Position numbers and translations under genes: made by a program. The notes under the pieces were generated by a model. It saw only the letters and a list, made by a program, of their open reading frames with translations, ran no database searches and was not told where the DNA came from. Positions 47,986 through 57,351 of a stretch of DNA of 64,000 nucleotides are shown in pieces. The stretch's first letter is position 1. Every line of letters begins with the position of its first letter. Location of the stretch: positions 20,620-84,619 of the forward strand of contig CAVTTJ010000006.1 in assembly GCA_963737575.1 (NCBI GenBank). The letters are read 5' to 3'. The DNA is from an uncultured Solirubrobacterales bacterium (GTDB taxonomy: Bacteria > Actinomycetota > Thermoleophilia > Solirubrobacterales > 70-9).

Positions 47986-49023
47986 ATGAGGTGGGACGAG
48001 CTCAAGACCCAGAACGACCTGAGACTCCCCGGGGTCGGCGACGGCTCGGTCGTCCGCACCTTCGACGCGCCGGAGGCGATGGGGATCAACTTCCACGAGG
48101 TCCGCGCCCACTCGGCGATCAACCACGTGCCCGGTGGCCGCTACGGCTTCAACTACACGATCAACCCCTACAGGGGCTGCACCCATGCCTGCGTTTTCTG
48201 CTTCGCTCGCCGCACCCACACCTACCTCGACATGAACGCCGGGCGCGACTTCGAGCGTGAGATCGTCGTCAAGGTCAACGTGCCGGAGCTCGTGCGGGCC
48301 GAGCTGGCCCGGCCGAGCTGGAGGCGGGAGCTGGTAGCGCTGGGCACCAACACCGACCCCTACCAGTGGGTCGAGAGCCGCTACCGGATGATGCCCGAGA
48401 TCATCACGGCGCTGGAAGAGGCGGCGACGCCGATCTCGGTCCTGACCAAGTCACCGCTGGTGATGCGGGACGTCGATCTCTACGAGAGGATGTCGAAGCG
48501 GCTGCCGGTCTCGGTCAACCTCTCGATCCCGACCCTCGACCAGAAGGTCTGGCGGGCGACCGAGCCGCACACACCGAGCCCGGAGGCGAGGCTCGAGGCG
48601 GTGGCGGAGCTGCGGCGTCGGGGGATCGACTCCGGCGTCCTGATCGCGCCATTGATGCCCGGCATCAACGACAGCCCCGAGCAGGTCCAGCCGATCGTCG
48701 ATCGCGCCCGGGAGGCCGGCGCGACCTTCCTCGGCGGCGTCGCGCTTCACCTCCGCGACGAGGTCCGCGATGTCTTCTTCGCCTGGCTCGAGGCGAAACG
48801 GCCCGACCTGATCCCGAAATACGAGCAGCTCTACTCCGACCGCGCCTACATGCGCCCGGAGCAGCGACAACGAGCAACCCGCGCCGTCCGCGGCTGGGGC
48901 CGCACCCGAATGCAGGGGAAAGCCTCCGATCGAGCGACGCCGACCCCCCATCGGCGAAGAGAACAGAGCCTCTCACCTCGATCCGAGCCACAGAACCCGC
49001 TACCGCAGGAGGCCCTGTTCTAA
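47986..49023 (+). CDS. radical SAM protein, Rv2578c/SplB-like (DNA-repair photolyase-like)
   Basis: Carries the CxxxCxxC cluster motif (YRGCTHACVFCFAR) and the conserved N-terminal block NFHEVRAHSAINHVP. An in-frame alternative ATG lies at 47968. Confidence 0.85.
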   Translation: MRWDELKTQNDLRLPGVGDGSVVRTFDAPEAMGINFHEVRAHSAINHVPGGRYGFNYTINPYRGCTHACVFCFARRTHTYLDMNAGRDFEREIVVKVNVPELVRAELARPSWRRELVALGTNTDPYQWVESRYRMMPEIITALEEAATPISVLTKSPLVMRDVDLYERMSKRLPVSVNLSIPTLDQKVWRATEPHTPSPEARLEAVAELRRRGIDSGVLIAPLMPGINDSPEQVQPIVDRAREAGATFLGGVALHLRDEVRDVFFAWLEAKRPDLIPKYEQLYSDRAYMRPEQRQRATRAVRGWGRTRMQGKASDRATPTPHRRREQSLSPRSEPQNPLPQEALF

Positions 49024-49811
49024 CGGTCGCTGTCGGGGCTCACCGCAACCTTCCAAGTGAATCCGGTCCCGGGGCCCCCGCATGTGAGTCGATGACCCGC
49101 ATCGCGGGCGGGTCGCGGGAGCCTCCGGTCGAGGAGGGATGGAGAGGTCCAACAGCAATCGAGGCATCCTGCCGTGGGCGTTTGCAGCGACCGTGGTGCG
49201 TGGGCTGTTCTGGACGAGCGTCGGCCTGGCGGAAGTATCTGATCCGAGCCAGGAAGGCTCGGTGCCTTCGGCAGCCGGGAGCCTCTCGTCACCACCGAAA
49301 TCTATTCACCACACCTGAATGGTTGGGTCACGGTGACGGGTCAGCTTCTCGCCTTCTATTCCGACTACGAAGGGCGACCGCTGATCTATGGTCAGGTCAG
49401 AACCCCTGAACCCATTGACCTGCTCTACGTGATCCCGTTCACGATCGGAAGGTCGGGAAGGCTCAGCGAAACGGACCTCTTCGTACCGAAGGGAGGATGA
49501 GGGGAATCCAAGGGATCTGTGCAAACAAGCGACCTGACTTTTTCAAACCGCCTTACGACCTTGAATCGTTCTGCGCCCGCATTCAGGGCTGGGGTTGACA
49601 CTGCACCGCTTCCTATCGCAGCGAAGGCAGGCGAATGTCCTTCGTCAGCGCCACCTGTGCGGCCCCGTGGGACGTGGCCTCCGATGCCTACACCTTGCTA
49701 AGGGCAAACTGATCTACGGAGCAGGGGGAGAGACCACCGCCATGCCAGTCAAGAGAAGCTGTAGGCCGACTGGCAAGGTAAAGGGAGGCTCGCTCCGGCC
49801 CTAGCGGTTCT

Positions 49812-50678
49812 CTACTTAACCGTTTGAACTTTGAGCAGCCCCTCCTCAAAATGTGGCTTTCCGCCGTCCCGGTCCGTGAGCGGACAGAAGAAGATGTACT
49901 TACCTGGCTTCTTCAATTCGATCGTGGTCGTCTGCGAACCCCCGCCATCGACGATTGCGGTCGACTGCGATTCATTGGCATCCACGTATGAGGGTGGCGG
50001 CCCGTGTGAAGCCAGATCCTTTTCAATTTGGCTCAGCGGCGGCGCCTTGCCCTTGATCGGAACGGCTATGAGCAGGTGGACTGCCTCATTGCCCTTCGAG
50101 TTGAAGGTGATTTCGTTCTTCCCGGTCTTCAGTCCCGAGGTTTCCCACTTGTATTTGTCCTTGGCAGGATTCGCAGCGGTGACGGTCGCCGGGGTGCTGG
50201 GAAGGCCGCCGGAGGCTTCGCCTTCCAGTTCGAGAGGAGCCGTCGCCGGCGGTCCGCCACTGGGGCCCGAGAAGGCGGCAGCGTCGGCCAGGACGTAGTG
50301 GCCTTCGGGAAGGTTTACGACCGCGGCGCCGGATTGGCCTCCGGCAACCGATCCAATACCGCCTTGGAGCTTTATCCAGGAGGGGATTTTTTCACTGTTG
50401 CCACCGAGTTCTTTGAGCACATCTTCTTCGCTGTGGCTACCTGTGTACTGGATGAACTCCACCCCATGGGGTGCTTTACCTAGGTTCTTTAGCTCGACTT
50501 CGACCAGCCCGCCTTCCGAAGTCGTCGGAGCCTGAAAGCTGCTTTTCTTACCTGCTTCGCTGATCTTAAGCGAGAGCTGTGCGGGTGAGCTTTCGCTGCT
50601 ACTCCCACACCCGGCGGCAATCGCCACAGATGCGAAAAGAATCAATATTCCTGCGATGCGCTGACTGATAGCACGCAC
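49812..50678 (-). CDS. lipoprotein with two cupredoxin-like domains (putative type-1 Cu site in domain 2)
   Basis: Lipobox AIAAGC. The possible ligand set is H(LLIAV)...C-PLTDRDGGKP-H-FEEG-L. GC is about 54% by eye against about 70% in the flanks. The GTG start at 50678 lies 6 nt after GGGAGG; 50684 is an alternative. Confidence 0.7.
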   Translation of the reverse strand: MRAISQRIAGILILFASVAIAAGCGSSSESSPAQLSLKISEAGKKSSFQAPTTSEGGLVEVELKNLGKAPHGVEFIQYTGSHSEEDVLKELGGNSEKIPSWIKLQGGIGSVAGGQSGAAVVNLPEGHYVLADAAAFSGPSGGPPATAPLELEGEASGGLPSTPATVTAANPAKDKYKWETSGLKTGKNEITFNSKGNEAVHLLIAVPIKGKAPPLSQIEKDLASHGPPPSYVDANESQSTAIVDGGGSQTTTIELKKPGKYIFFCPLTDRDGGKPHFEEGLLKVQTVK

Positions 50679-50784
50679 TGTCACCCTCCCTAGTGATGGT
50701 TCTCGTCCCAGGAGCGCACCCTATCTGATCGACGGGAATGTTCCTCCCGACAACCCGTCCGACGAGGGCCCCGACAGCCCACAC

Positions 50785-51732
50785 TCACCCTTCGTCGAGA
50801 TGCTCGAACAGGCACTCCCGCGGGTCTTTGTCGGACCGGAACCGAAGAAACCTCGCGCCGTGCCGGATCCGGCCGGCCGATGCGTGGTCGTACCCGACTT
50901 CGATCACGAGCTCGGGCCGTAGTGCGACCCACTCGAGGTCGCGGCCGCCGGTCCAGCGGCTCGGCTCGGCCGTTCCCTGTTCTCCCGTCTCCAGGGGGGC
51001 GAGCAGCTCGCGCAGGCCCCGCTTTTCGGCCGCGGTGAAGCCGGAGATGTGGCCGACCGGCCGCAGGTCGTCGCCGTCGTAGAGGCCGAGGATCAGGGAC
51101 CCGACAGTCCCCTCCTCTTTACCGGGCCGCCAGCCGAGCACGACGCAGTCGATCTCGCGCTCGCGCTTCACCTTCGCCATCCCACGCCGTTTGCCGGGCT
51201 CATACGGGGCGTCGAGCTCCTTGGCCATCGCACCCTCGGTCGTCTCGATCCACTCCTCGGCCCGGCCGGGGTCGGGGCTGAGCTCGCTCAGCTCGATCCC
51301 GTTCCTGCCGGCGAGCGCCTCGAGCCGCGCTCGCCGCTCTCGCAGCGGCACGTCGAACAGTGAGTCGTCCTCCTCAGCGAGCAGGTCGAAGGCGACGAAG
51401 GTTGCGGGGATCTCCTTCGCGAGCAGGTTGATCCTCGACTCGGCCGGGTGGATCCGGCTCTGGAGCGCGTCGAATTCGAGCCCACCGGCGGCGTCGCGGA
51501 TTACGAGCTCGCCGTCGAGGACATAGCGGCCCGGGGCGAAGCTCAGCTCCGGGAAGTAGCGGCCGAGGGATTTCGCCCCCCGCGACTGGATGTAGGCCTC
51601 GTCGCCGTCGACGAAGACAATCGCGCGGAACCCGTCCATCTTCTGCTCATATGCCCACTCCTCGCCCCGCGGCAGCTCCTTGCGGGTCTTCGCCAACTGG
51701 GGCTTGATCGGAGGGCTAAGCGGGAGCGTCAC
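50785..51732 (-). CDS. ATP-dependent DNA ligase (stand-alone LigC-like, adenylation + OB domains)
   Basis: Carries motif I EQKMDGFR, motif III FVAFDLL, motif IV EGAMAK and motif V VVLGW. The GTG start overlaps the 3' end of the ABC ATPase gene by 17 nt. Confidence 0.85.
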   Translation of the reverse strand: MTLPLSPPIKPQLAKTRKELPRGEEWAYEQKMDGFRAIVFVDGDEAYIQSRGAKSLGRYFPELSFAPGRYVLDGELVIRDAAGGLEFDALQSRIHPAESRINLLAKEIPATFVAFDLLAEEDDSLFDVPLRERRARLEALAGRNGIELSELSPDPGRAEEWIETTEGAMAKELDAPYEPGKRRGMAKVKREREIDCVVLGWRPGKEEGTVGSLILGLYDGDDLRPVGHISGFTAAEKRGLRELLAPLETGEQGTAEPSRWTGGRDLEWVALRPELVIEVGYDHASAGRIRHGARFLRFRSDKDPRECLFEHLDEG

Positions 51733-52567
51733 CTAGTGCAGTCTGCCGCTTCCGGGCCCGCGCCTCGCCGGGGTCCGGGATCGGGACCGCGTCGAGCAGC
51801 GTGCGGGTATAGGCGTGGCTGGGGTGGTCGCAGACCTGGTCGGCGCTGCCGTGCTCGACGATCTTGCCCTCATGCATCACCGCGATCCGGTCGGAGACGT
51901 GGCGGACGATCGCAATGTCGTGGGCGACGAAGAGATAGCTGAGGCCGAACTCCTCCTGGAGGTCGGCAAGGAGGTTGACGATCTGGGCCCGGATCGAGAC
52001 GTCGAGCGCCGAGACCGGCTCGTCGGCGATGATCAGCGTCGGCCGCAGCGCCAGGGCGCGGGCGATCCCGATCCGCTGCCGCTGCCCGCCCGAGAACTCG
52101 TGCGGGTAGCGGTCGTAGTGCTCGGAGGAGAGGCCGACCCGCTCGAGGAGCTCGTGGACCCGCCGGCGCCGCTCGGCAGCGGACCCGACGCCCTGGCGGC
52201 GCAGCGGGTCGCCGATGATCTGGCTCACCCGTTTGCGCGGATTGAGCGACGCGTAGGGATCCTGGAAGACCATCTGCATCTGGCGGCGCAGCGGTCGCAT
52301 CTGGCGCCGGCTGAGACCGGCGATCTCGCGGCCCTCGAATCGCACCGAGCCCGAGGTCGGCTTCAACAGCTGCAGCGCGACCCGGCACAATGTCGACTTG
52401 CCGCTGCCGGACTCGCCGACCAGCCCGAGCGTCTCGCCGCGGGCGATCGAGAGGCTGACTCCATCGACCGCCTTCACCTCGCCGACGTGGCGGTCGAACA
52501 CCAGGCCGCGCTTGATCGGGAAGTGCTTGACGAGATCCTTGACCTCGAGCAGCGGCTCGTTGCTCAT
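51716..52567 (-). CDS. peptide/nickel ABC transporter ATP-binding protein (OppF/DppF-like)
   Basis: Carries Walker A GESGSGKST, signature FSGGQRQR and Walker B LIIADEP. Confidence 0.9.
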   Translation of the reverse strand: MSNEPLLEVKDLVKHFPIKRGLVFDRHVGEVKAVDGVSLSIARGETLGLVGESGSGKSTLCRVALQLLKPTSGSVRFEGREIAGLSRRQMRPLRRQMQMVFQDPYASLNPRKRVSQIIGDPLRRQGVGSAAERRRRVHELLERVGLSSEHYDRYPHEFSGGQRQRIGIARALALRPTLIIADEPVSALDVSIRAQIVNLLADLQEEFGLSYLFVAHDIAIVRHVSDRIAVMHEGKIVEHGSADQVCDHPSHAYTRTLLDAVPIPDPGEARARKRQTALGDAPA

Positions 52568-53598
52568 GCCGGCTCCTCCAGCCCGATCCTGCCCTCGACC
52601 TGGCGCAGGGCGCGCTTGCGCTCGGGCACGAGCCAGCAGCGGTCGAGGTGGCCCGCCTCGCCCTCGACCCTCGCGGTCAGGTCCGGCATCCGGCCGCAGC
52701 GGTCGAAGGCGTGCGGGCAGCGCGGCCTGAACGCGCAGCCCGCGGGGAGGCCGACCAGCGAGGGCGGGACGCCCCTGATCTGAGGCAGTCGGTGCGGCCG
52801 CTCCTGGTCGATCCTGGCCAGCGACCCGAGCAGGCCCCAGGTGTAGGGGTGCTGGGGGTCGTAGAAGATGTCGTCGAGGCTCCCCCTCTCGACCACCCGG
52901 CCGGCATACATCACCAGGACACGGTCTGCCACCTCCGCCACGACCCCGAGGTCGTGGGTTATCAACAGCGTAGCCAGGTTCCGTTCGCGATTGAGGCGCT
53001 GGAGCAGGTCGAGGATCTGCGCCTGGATCGTCACGTCGAGCGCGGTCGTCGGCTCATCGGCGATCAGCACCTCGGGCTCGAGCGCGAGCGCCATCGCGAT
53101 CATCGCCCGCTGCCGCTGGCCCCCCGAGAGCTGGTGGGGGTAGGAGCTCACCCTCAACTCCGGGTCCGGGATACCGACCGAGTCGAGCATCTCCACCGCC
53201 AGCACCCTCGCCTCCTTCTCGCTCGTGCGGCGGTGGGCGCGGACCGCCTCGACGATCTGGTCTCCGACTCGGTAGACGGGATTGAGCGAGGTCATCGGGT
53301 CCTGGAAGACCATCGCGATCCGGGCGCCCCGCACCTCCTGGAGCCGGCTCTCGCTGAGATCGATCAGCTCCTCGTCGTGGAGCTTCACCGAGCCCTCGAT
53401 CCGTGCGTTCGGCGAGCGCGTCAGGCCGATGATCGATTGCGCGGTGACGCTCTTCCCCGATCCCGACTCGCCGACGATCGCCAGCACCTCGCCCGCCGCG
53501 AGGTCGAACGAAACCCCGTCGACGGCCTGAAGGCGCCCCGCTTCGGTCACGAACCCGACCCGGAGGTCGTCGACGCTCAGCACCGGCTCGGGACTCAC
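52564..53598 (-). CDS. peptide/nickel ABC transporter ATP-binding protein (OppD/DppD-like)
   Basis: Carries Walker A GESGSGKSV, signature LSGGQRQR and Walker B LIADEPTTALD. A C-terminal Cys-containing oligo_HPY extension is present. Confidence 0.9.
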   Translation of the reverse strand: MSPEPVLSVDDLRVGFVTEAGRLQAVDGVSFDLAAGEVLAIVGESGSGKSVTAQSIIGLTRSPNARIEGSVKLHDEELIDLSESRLQEVRGARIAMVFQDPMTSLNPVYRVGDQIVEAVRAHRRTSEKEARVLAVEMLDSVGIPDPELRVSSYPHQLSGGQRQRAMIAMALALEPEVLIADEPTTALDVTIQAQILDLLQRLNRERNLATLLITHDLGVVAEVADRVLVMYAGRVVERGSLDDIFYDPQHPYTWGLLGSLARIDQERPHRLPQIRGVPPSLVGLPAGCAFRPRCPHAFDRCGRMPDLTARVEGEAGHLDRCWLVPERKRALRQVEGRIGLEEPA

Positions 53599-53662
53599 TT
53601 AAATGCCTCGCGCTTTGCTCGCGGCGCGAAGAACCAGAGATGCACGCTTGCTCGCTCCGCGC

Positions 53663-54622
53663 TCACTGCGCCGACTCCCCCAACCTCACCCGCGGGTCGA
53701 GGTAGGCGTAGGCGATGTCGACGAGGGCATTGAAGAGGACGACGAAGAAGGCGCCGAAAAGGGTGACCGCCATGATCGGTGGCAGGTCGAGGTTGATCGT
53801 CGACTGGTAGGCGTAGTCGCCGACCCCGTTGAGGCTGAAGATCGCTTCGGTCAGGATTGCGCCGCCGAAGACGACGGCGCCGAAGTCGAGCCCGAACAGG
53901 GTGACGATCGGGATCAGGGAGTTGCGCAGCACGTGGCGCCGCATCACCTGTCGCTCGGTCAAACCCTTCGCTCGCGCGGTGCGGACATAGTCCCCGCTCA
54001 TCGCGTCGAGCATGTTGGAGCGCAGGACGCGGCTGTAGAAGCCGACGTAGATGATCGCCAGCGTCACCCAGGGGAGAATTAGGTGATACGCCCATTCGAT
54101 CGGTTCTTCGGTCAGCTTCACGTAGCCGCCCGACGGAAAGATTCCGGTGTCGTAGGCCAGGTACTTGAGGAAGACGGCCGCGAGCACGAAGACCGGCATC
54201 GAGATGCCGACGATCGCCAGCACGGTCAACAGGCGGTCGGTCACGCCACCCGCCCGAACCGCCGACAGGTAGCCGAAGATCACCCCGAAGAACATCCAGA
54301 TCAAGGCGGCACCGATGCTGAGCGAGAAGGTCGCCGGCAGGCCCTTCGAGATCTGTTCGTTGACGTTGAGCTGGTTGCTGTAGGAGATCAGTTCGCCGGA
54401 GAAGATCTTCTTCATCATCGTCAGGTACTGCTGCGGAAGCGGATCGTTGAACCCCCACTGCTTGTTGATGCTTTCCACCAGCGCCGGGGTCGCGTTCTTG
54501 CCAGCCATCCGCTGCGCCGGGTCCGAGTTCGGGATCACGTTGAAGATCAGGAAGACGATGATCGAGATCGCGAACAGGACCAGGATCATTCCCATCAGGC
54601 GGCGGACGATGAACTGGCCCAT
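53663..54622 (-). CDS. ABC transporter permease (DppB/OppB type)
   Basis: It has the typical N-terminus MGQFIVRRLMGMILVLFAISIIVF and the EAA-like loop YVRTARAKGL. Confidence 0.9.
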   Translation of the reverse strand: MGQFIVRRLMGMILVLFAISIIVFLIFNVIPNSDPAQRMAGKNATPALVESINKQWGFNDPLPQQYLTMMKKIFSGELISYSNQLNVNEQISKGLPATFSLSIGAALIWMFFGVIFGYLSAVRAGGVTDRLLTVLAIVGISMPVFVLAAVFLKYLAYDTGIFPSGGYVKLTEEPIEWAYHLILPWVTLAIIYVGFYSRVLRSNMLDAMSGDYVRTARAKGLTERQVMRRHVLRNSLIPIVTLFGLDFGAVVFGGAILTEAIFSLNGVGDYAYQSTINLDLPPIMAVTLFGAFFVVLFNALVDIAYAYLDPRVRLGESAQ

Positions 54623-55680
54623 CAGACCGCCGGCCCCTCCGGCTCGACCAGGCCCGAATGGGCCTCGACCTCGAGCCGGACTCTCGATTTCGGGTCGAGC
54701 GCGTCACGGAGGCCGTCGCCGAAGACGTTTAGAGAGAGGACGCTCAGCAGGATCATCGCCCCCGGCAGGATCGTCAGCAGCGGCGCGCTGATGATCAGCT
54801 CGAACCCTGTCGAGATCATCGTCCCCCAGGACGAGTTCGGAGCCTGCACTCCGGCGCCGAGAAACGAGAGCGCCGACTCCAGCAGCATGTTGTTGGCGAT
54901 GTTGAGGGTGAAGAAGACGATGATCGTCGAGAGCAGGTTGGGCAGGAGCTCGCCGAACATCACCCGCAGCGGCCCGGCGCCCTGGGCGACCGCGGCCTCG
55001 ACGAACTCTTTCTCGCGCAACGCGAGCACCTCGCCGCGCAGCGGGCGCGCCATGTAGGGGACGTAGACGACCCCGATGATCAGCGTCGGTATCCAGATCG
55101 AGGTCCCGGAGATCGAGATCGGTCCGATCTGGAGCCCGCCGACCGCGAGCGCGGTCCCGAGCGCGATCCCTAGCAGGAGAACGGGGAAGGCCCAGATGAT
55201 GTCGAGGACGCGGGCGATGACGGCGTCGATCCAGCCGCGGTAGTAACCGGCCACCAGCCCGAGCACGATCGAGAGCAGCGTCGTGATCAGCGCCGCCGCG
55301 AGGCTGATGAAGAGCGAGGTTCTGCCTCCGTACATCAGCCGGACCATCTCGTCGCGCCCTAGCCGGCCGTCGGCGCCGAGGAAGAACTTGCCGCCGGCCT
55401 TGAGCCAGACCGGGCCGATCGGCTGCCCGTCGGGGGTGACGACATCGCGCTTTTCGCCGTCGACCGTGATCTTTTCGAGGGTGTGGGTGTCGTTCGGCCC
55501 GGTTTCGGCGACGTGCACGCTCCACAGCGGGGCGGCGAGGACGAAGACGACGATCAGGATGAAGAGGCCGAGGAAGCCGAGCGCGACCCGGTTCTGCCGC
55601 AGCCGGGCCAGCGCCAGGCGCCAGGGGCTGCGGCCCGACGACGCCCCCTGGTCCGCGGCGGGTTGGAGCTCGGCGGCCAC
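54622..55680 (-). CDS. ABC transporter permease (DppC/OppC type)
   Basis: The N-terminal OppC_N-like region reads RLRQNRVALGFLGLFILIV. The EAA loop is FVEAAVAQGAG. Confidence 0.9.
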   Translation of the reverse strand: MAAELQPAADQGASSGRSPWRLALARLRQNRVALGFLGLFILIVVFVLAAPLWSVHVAETGPNDTHTLEKITVDGEKRDVVTPDGQPIGPVWLKAGGKFFLGADGRLGRDEMVRLMYGGRTSLFISLAAALITTLLSIVLGLVAGYYRGWIDAVIARVLDIIWAFPVLLLGIALGTALAVGGLQIGPISISGTSIWIPTLIIGVVYVPYMARPLRGEVLALREKEFVEAAVAQGAGPLRVMFGELLPNLLSTIIVFFTLNIANNMLLESALSFLGAGVQAPNSSWGTMISTGFELIISAPLLTILPGAMILLSVLSLNVFGDGLRDALDPKSRVRLEVEAHSGLVEPEGPAV

Positions 55681-55707
55681 GCTCCTATTGTGCAGCAGCC
55701 CTCGCCG

Positions 55708-57351
55708 CTACTTGAATTGGAAGCTCGTCAGGTCCTGTCCGAACGTCGGGTTGAAGATGACCTTGTCGAGGTCGATTTCGCTCGAGACGAACGTGGTCAG
55801 CGTGCGCTGGCCGTAGGGCGCCCATGGCGCCTGTTCCATGTATTCGCGGTCCAGTTCGGCATATTCGGCTTCCTGCTTGGGCCCGAGCTGCTCCTTGCGG
55901 AGCCTGGCGATTTTCGCGTTCAGCTTCGGGTCGTCGATGTTGGCGAAGTTGTTGTTGTTGGTCGGCAGGATGGCTTCGCCGGCCAGCAGCGGCTGGAAGA
56001 AGTCGTTGGGGTGCGGGTAGTCCTGGTACCAGTCGACCCAGCCGGTGTCGAGGTCCGGCGTCGACGCGTTGCCGATGATCGTGAAGTAGTCATCGGCGTT
56101 GAGGATTTTCAGCTTGGTGCTGAAGCCGAGTTTCTTCAGCTGGTCTTCGTAGTAGGCGCCCGCTTCTTCCTGTGTCGGTTCGCTGTCGGTCCAGATCGTG
56201 ATGTTGGTGTCGGAGGGTTTGGCTTCGGCGATCAACTTCTTCGCCTTCGCGATGTTGTACGGGTAGAGGTCGAATGCCTTGTGGCCCGGGACTCCCTCCG
56301 GGATGATCTGGTGCAGCGATTTGAGCGAGCCGGCGTAGATCCGTTCGAGCGCTTCGGCGCTGACCGCGTAGTTGACCGCTTGGCGGACCTTGAGGTCGTC
56401 GAACGGCGGCTTCGTCATGTTCATCCAGAAGTAGTAGACGTTCGGGATGCCTGGCTCCTCGCGCAGCTGGGTCCCTTCGAACTTGCTCACCGTCTGCTGG
56501 TAGATCCCGGGCGGGATCAGGGCCTGCATCCACTGGGTGGTGCCCCGTTCGACTTCGCTGACCTGAGTAGAGGTATTGCGGACGATCTTGATGTCGATCT
56601 TGTCGACGTGGCCGCTCGGTAGGTCGGGCAGCAGCTTCGCGTTGTTCCCCAGCCATTCGGGGTTGCGGTCGTATTTCCAGCCCTGGCCCGGGTCGGAGCT
56701 GACGATCTCATAGGGCCCGCTCGCCGGCGGCGGGTCGGCGGAGAGGTTCTTGATCGGGGTGCTGGGGGGAAGGGGCGCGACGAACATCAGCCCGAGCTCA
56801 TTGGTGAAGGTCCCCCGCGGTTCGGTCAGATTGATGACGATTTCCCCGGTCTTGTCGTTCGTCTTGATCCCGGGAATCGGGCCCTGCTTGGTCTTCTGGA
56901 ACTGTTCCGCCCCGACGATCGATGACGTGTAGAACGGTGAGCCGCCCGAGTTGAGCTTGATCATTCTTTCTACCGCGAACCTGAAGTCGGACGCCTTGAT
57001 CGGGGTCCCGTCGGAGTATTTGAGGCCCTGCTGGAGCATCAGCGTGTAGGTCTTGCCGCCGTTGGTGATCTTCGGCATGCCCGTGGCGAGGCCGGGGACT
57101 ACCTTGCTGCCCGCCTCGTTGCTTTCGTGGGCATACGTCAGGAGCGGGATGTAGGTGTCGTACATCGCCGTCCAGCCTTCCGACGTGTATGAGAGGGCGG
57201 GGTCGAGGTAGTCGGGGAAGCCGGAGTAGGTGCCTATCAGGGTACCGCCTTCCTTGCCCCCGGATTCACCGCTGCTGCCACACGCGGTCAGGCCCACCCC
57301 CGCCGCGAGGCAGAGGACCGATACCGCAAGTGATGCCGCAAGCTTTCTCAA
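55708..57351 (-). CDS. ABC transporter substrate-binding lipoprotein, family 5 (peptide/nickel)
   Basis: The TTG start overlaps the stop of the upstream MFS gene. Lipobox GLTACG. The length and blocks are SBP_bac_5-like. Confidence 0.85.
   Translation of the reverse strand: MRKLAASLAVSVLCLAAGVGLTACGSSGESGGKEGGTLIGTYSGFPDYLDPALSYTSEGWTAMYDTYIPLLTYAHESNEAGSKVVPGLATGMPKITNGGKTYTLMLQQGLKYSDGTPIKASDFRFAVERMIKLNSGGSPFYTSSIVGAEQFQKTKQGPIPGIKTNDKTGEIVINLTEPRGTFTNELGLMFVAPLPPSTPIKNLSADPPPASGPYEIVSSDPGQGWKYDRNPEWLGNNAKLLPDLPSGHVDKIDIKIVRNTSTQVSEVERGTTQWMQALIPPGIYQQTVSKFEGTQLREEPGIPNVYYFWMNMTKPPFDDLKVRQAVNYAVSAEALERIYAGSLKSLHQIIPEGVPGHKAFDLYPYNIAKAKKLIAEAKPSDTNITIWTDSEPTQEEAGAYYEDQLKKLGFSTKLKILNADDYFTIIGNASTPDLDTGWVDWYQDYPHPNDFFQPLLAGEAILPTNNNNFANIDDPKLNAKIARLRKEQLGPKQEAEYAELDREYMEQAPWAPYGQRTLTTFVSSEIDLDKVIFNPTFGQDLTSFQFK

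Noticed and set aside
49243-49500. Frame-1 open stretch in the low-GC spacer, translating ...EIYSPHLNGWVTVTGQLLAFYSDYEGRPLIYGQVRTPEPIDLLYVIPFTIGRSGRLSETDLFVPKGG*
   Set aside because: The composition is protein-like, but there is no ATG, only an internal GTG giving about 55 aa. It has no RBS and no recognisable family. It may be a gene remnant, and I do not call it a CDS.
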